Positions 61,140 to 64,000 of a stretch of 64,000 bases of DNA are shown one piece after another (position 1 is the stretch's first letter; each line of letters opens with the position of its first letter). The notes beneath the pieces were generated by a model. The model worked only from the letters and a program-made list of their open reading frames with translations. It did no database searches and had not been told where the DNA came from. The translations under genes were made by a program, and so were the position numbers. The DNA lies in the NCBI RefSeq assembly GCF_009914755.1, contig NC_060927.1; one strand, given 5' to 3'. The DNA comes from the human T2T-CHM13v2.0 reference genome, Homo sapiens.

Positions 61140-61795
61140 TCCAATTCTGATCACTCTCCTTCCTTGCTGTCATTGCCTTAAGCTTAAATATTGAATACTT
61201 CTACTGAAAGAATTGAATTCCTTTCTCTTCATGTCTATTTCCAACTAATGTACTTAACCACTTCTTTAAAACATCTACAGCACAAAGTTCAAGCTACTCA
61301 ATGTGACAAAGGCGGCACTCTGTGAACTGATCTCTGCCTATCACTATAGTTTATTTACCCATGAGTTCTTTCTACTAAATATTCCAGTGACAATAAACTG
61401 CTCACCTTACTCATGCTGGCCATGCTACTTCTCCTTTTCATTTATTTACTCTACCTGGAATAATTTTTTTTTCCCATATCCACACTACAACCATCCATCT
61501 CCTTCCTCTGGCTAAGTGTTAGCTCTCTTTTAGACTTAACTCAGTTGTCGTCTCCTCCAGGAAGCCAAACATGATGCTTGCTGCCAATTTCCTAATGTAT
61601 ACATAATGCCCAGTGGTTATTTCTGACACCAGCATATCATATACCAATAAATTATTTTTCTTTCTACCTCTTTCTTAAGAGTATAACTTTTAAGTTAGTC
61701 TTGATGTCTTCTTCATTTTTATATGCTATGTGCACAGCATAATGCCTGGAACTAAGTTAGAGTTCAGTAATGCCTGATAAATACATTCGTAAGTG
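61140..61795 (+). mobile_element. L2 3' fragment
   Basis: CTACCTGGAATAA..TCTCCTCCAGGAAGCC..CACAGCATAATGCCTGGAAC. Confidence 0.65.
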
Positions 61796-62760
61796 AGTTA
61801 TTTTCTTAATCATCTGGACAACTAGTAACAGAGTTCCTCTGGCTTTAAGAAACTACCTTGCTCAACTGCATTGGCTACAAGAAATAAAGTGTAAAGAACG
61901 TGGTCTAGAAAGCAAGAAATATGTAATTAAACCCCTTTTCCAAGATAAGTAATAAGAATTCAGGGGTATGGTAAGCGGGAGAAGAAAGAGAAGCAAGGAG
62001 AAGAAAGAGAAGCAAGAGAAGAGGGAATAACATGATCAGAGGCTACAGTCTGGATCCTGGGGAAGACAGGCCATCAGAAGGAACTCCCAGTGGGTTGACA
62101 GGGGATGTTTTTATAAGCGGACATGCCAGATCCCCAGTTTTAAGGGTTTGTTTGATAGACAATGTAAACTCACTATTGTAATTCTCTATACTCCTAACTT
62201 TTTAGAAAATACTGAATGTATTTATACAGACTTTTCAGGAGGTATGAGGAAATATTAAGCTGAAGCAGTAAAGTAATATATACACTGCCTTTTATTTACC
62301 CCTTCCCAGACACTGATATTAAGGGAGCACCATTATATTAAGGAAAGTTGTAACCCAAAACCATCAAGTGGTGATTAGCTTGGAAGATATTGAGTGTGCC
62401 AAGGATCTAGAAATGACAAGGAAGTGCAACAGTGATGACCCCACAAAAGTTTTGGCAAAAATCTCCATAACCAAATATATTGGAAGGATTTTATCCTTTA
62501 AGGGTGGGCACTCTTCGTGGGTATTCTACCTGTGTCTTCTGCATGTGCTTGATTTTTCTCTTCCCTTCTCACTGCAACTTAGAATTTTCTCCTGTTTCCT
62601 CCTTTTCTCCTTCTACTCACACCTCACATATCTTCTTGCACAAAGGTGGGTCCATGATGGGATCTCTGCTAGCAGGACTGGAAGAGGGCATGGGGAATGA
62701 GAAGTAAAAGATGGTCTAACAATGTGATTATTTTTTCATCTCCTGCAGTAATGGCCTGCA

Positions 62761-62783
62761 TACACACACACACACACACACAC
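62761..62783 (+). repeat. (CA)n microsatellite
   Basis: Direct read. Confidence 0.95.
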
Positions 62784-63374
62784 AGCCACTTAAACAAGGG
62801 AACACTATTCTATTGTATCTTGATCCTAATCTCACTTCTCTTATTTTTTCATTGCCTTCCAGAGTCTACCTTACTTTCACTTTTAAACTACCTACTCTTG
62901 TTTGCTGCATGCAATGAAATGCTCAGAAAGGTTGGTCACTAATATTACATTCAAATCCAATTGAATCTTCTTCCATCAGCCTTTGGTGTACAGAGAAATT
63001 CAGCATGGGTGTGCACAATAGTCTTGTCCTTCATACATGCATATTCTAAACAGTAAAAATATATGAGAAAGCTCAGTTTTCATATATATTTCTACCTTGT
63101 TACTATTAGCAAAATCACTTTTAAAAATTTTAAATGTCTCTGTGATAGCTTCAGCCACAGAAGCTTGAATGGTAAAGGAGTCACTCTATTCTTCTGTGAA
63201 GGGAACTTGGCTATGTTATAAAGACAAGCAAGAATGGTCACAAGAGACAGAAGGCAGATATCTGAGAACAAAGAAGTTTCATAAGATCTCTCACACCTGT
63301 GCAGTTTCTGAGCTTTATGAGCTTCTACCACTGAAATTCTTCAGCTTTCATTCTTGTCATCCTAGTTAGGTTTC

Positions 63375-63620
63375 TCTTCATTCCAAGTTCGTTGATTAAA
63401 CAATACTTATTTTGCACCTCTCTGTACTGTTGTGGGAACTGTGAGAACCATTGTGAACAGACTATAGTTTTGCCCTAAAATGTTTAGTATACTAGAAGAG
63501 AGAGATCAGTAAATAAACAATTAAATATGATGTCATAAGCACCGCCATTGGGCTAAGCACAAAGGTTCTTGCCCTTCCCCTCCCCCTCCAGTAATAAGTG
63601 AGGCATTTATAAATAAAAGC
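63375..63620 (-). mobile_element. L2 fragment
   Basis: AAACAATACTTATTTTGCACC..TGTGAACAGAC..TGCCCT..GTAAATAAACAATT. Confidence 0.55.
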
Positions 63621-64000
63621 CAGACCTAAGGGAACTTGTATCACAAAGCACCCAACAAAGCTTTCCAGAGAGAATTGTTGATATTCATTCTGTACATTTT
63701 TTGGAGTCATAAACACAACTGATAATTTATTCTTGGTGGGCTCCTCTAATACTCTAACCCACCAAAAAGATGCTTAGGAATAGAGGGTGAGTCATTTTAT
63801 CTGCACTGTGGAGGAGATGTGCTCCTGCCATCTAAAATGGAACTCAGACTTTTTCACAGAAAATTTTTTTCCATATAAACTTTATTTCTATACACTTATT
63901 TCAGATAAATAAAAGGTTAAAGATGATTTTGAATATTGGTTTTGAAACTGAAACATCACTTGATATAAAGAAAAGATGTTCCAAGCTCCAAGCAAATGCT

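Overview
Primate (human-like), AT-rich, apparently gene-free window made almost entirely of decayed transposable elements: old L1M and younger L1PA LINEs, Alus, MIR/L2, Tigger/Charlie/mariner DNA transposons, and ERV1/ERVL/MaLR LTRs (LTR7C, MLT2A1, MLT2A2, THE1, MST, MLT1, LTR12, MER21). I cannot support any intact host protein-coding gene, RNA gene or new enzymatic system. The ORF track is explained by broken L1 ORF1/ORF2, Tigger1 transposase, LTR/Alu or low-complexity sequence. The real interest is structural and visible in the bases. (1) A ~290-bp inversion inside a THE1 element, whose junction was later copied as a 180-bp, 3-mismatch templated insertion 1.9 kb downstream next to a 26-bp duplication. 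(2) An L1PA with its centre missing and a 3' transduction. (3) A twin-primed L1PA nested in a 3'-truncated but TSD-bounded L1. (4) A 15-nt Alu stub with an 11-bp TSD. (5) An ancient ~205-bp local duplication. (6) A co-oriented LTR7C-MLT2A1-L1 5'UTR promoter stack. Subfamily names come from my recollection of consensus sequences and need RepeatMasker/Dfam confirmation. Boundaries of old L1M/MIR/L2 fragments are approximate.
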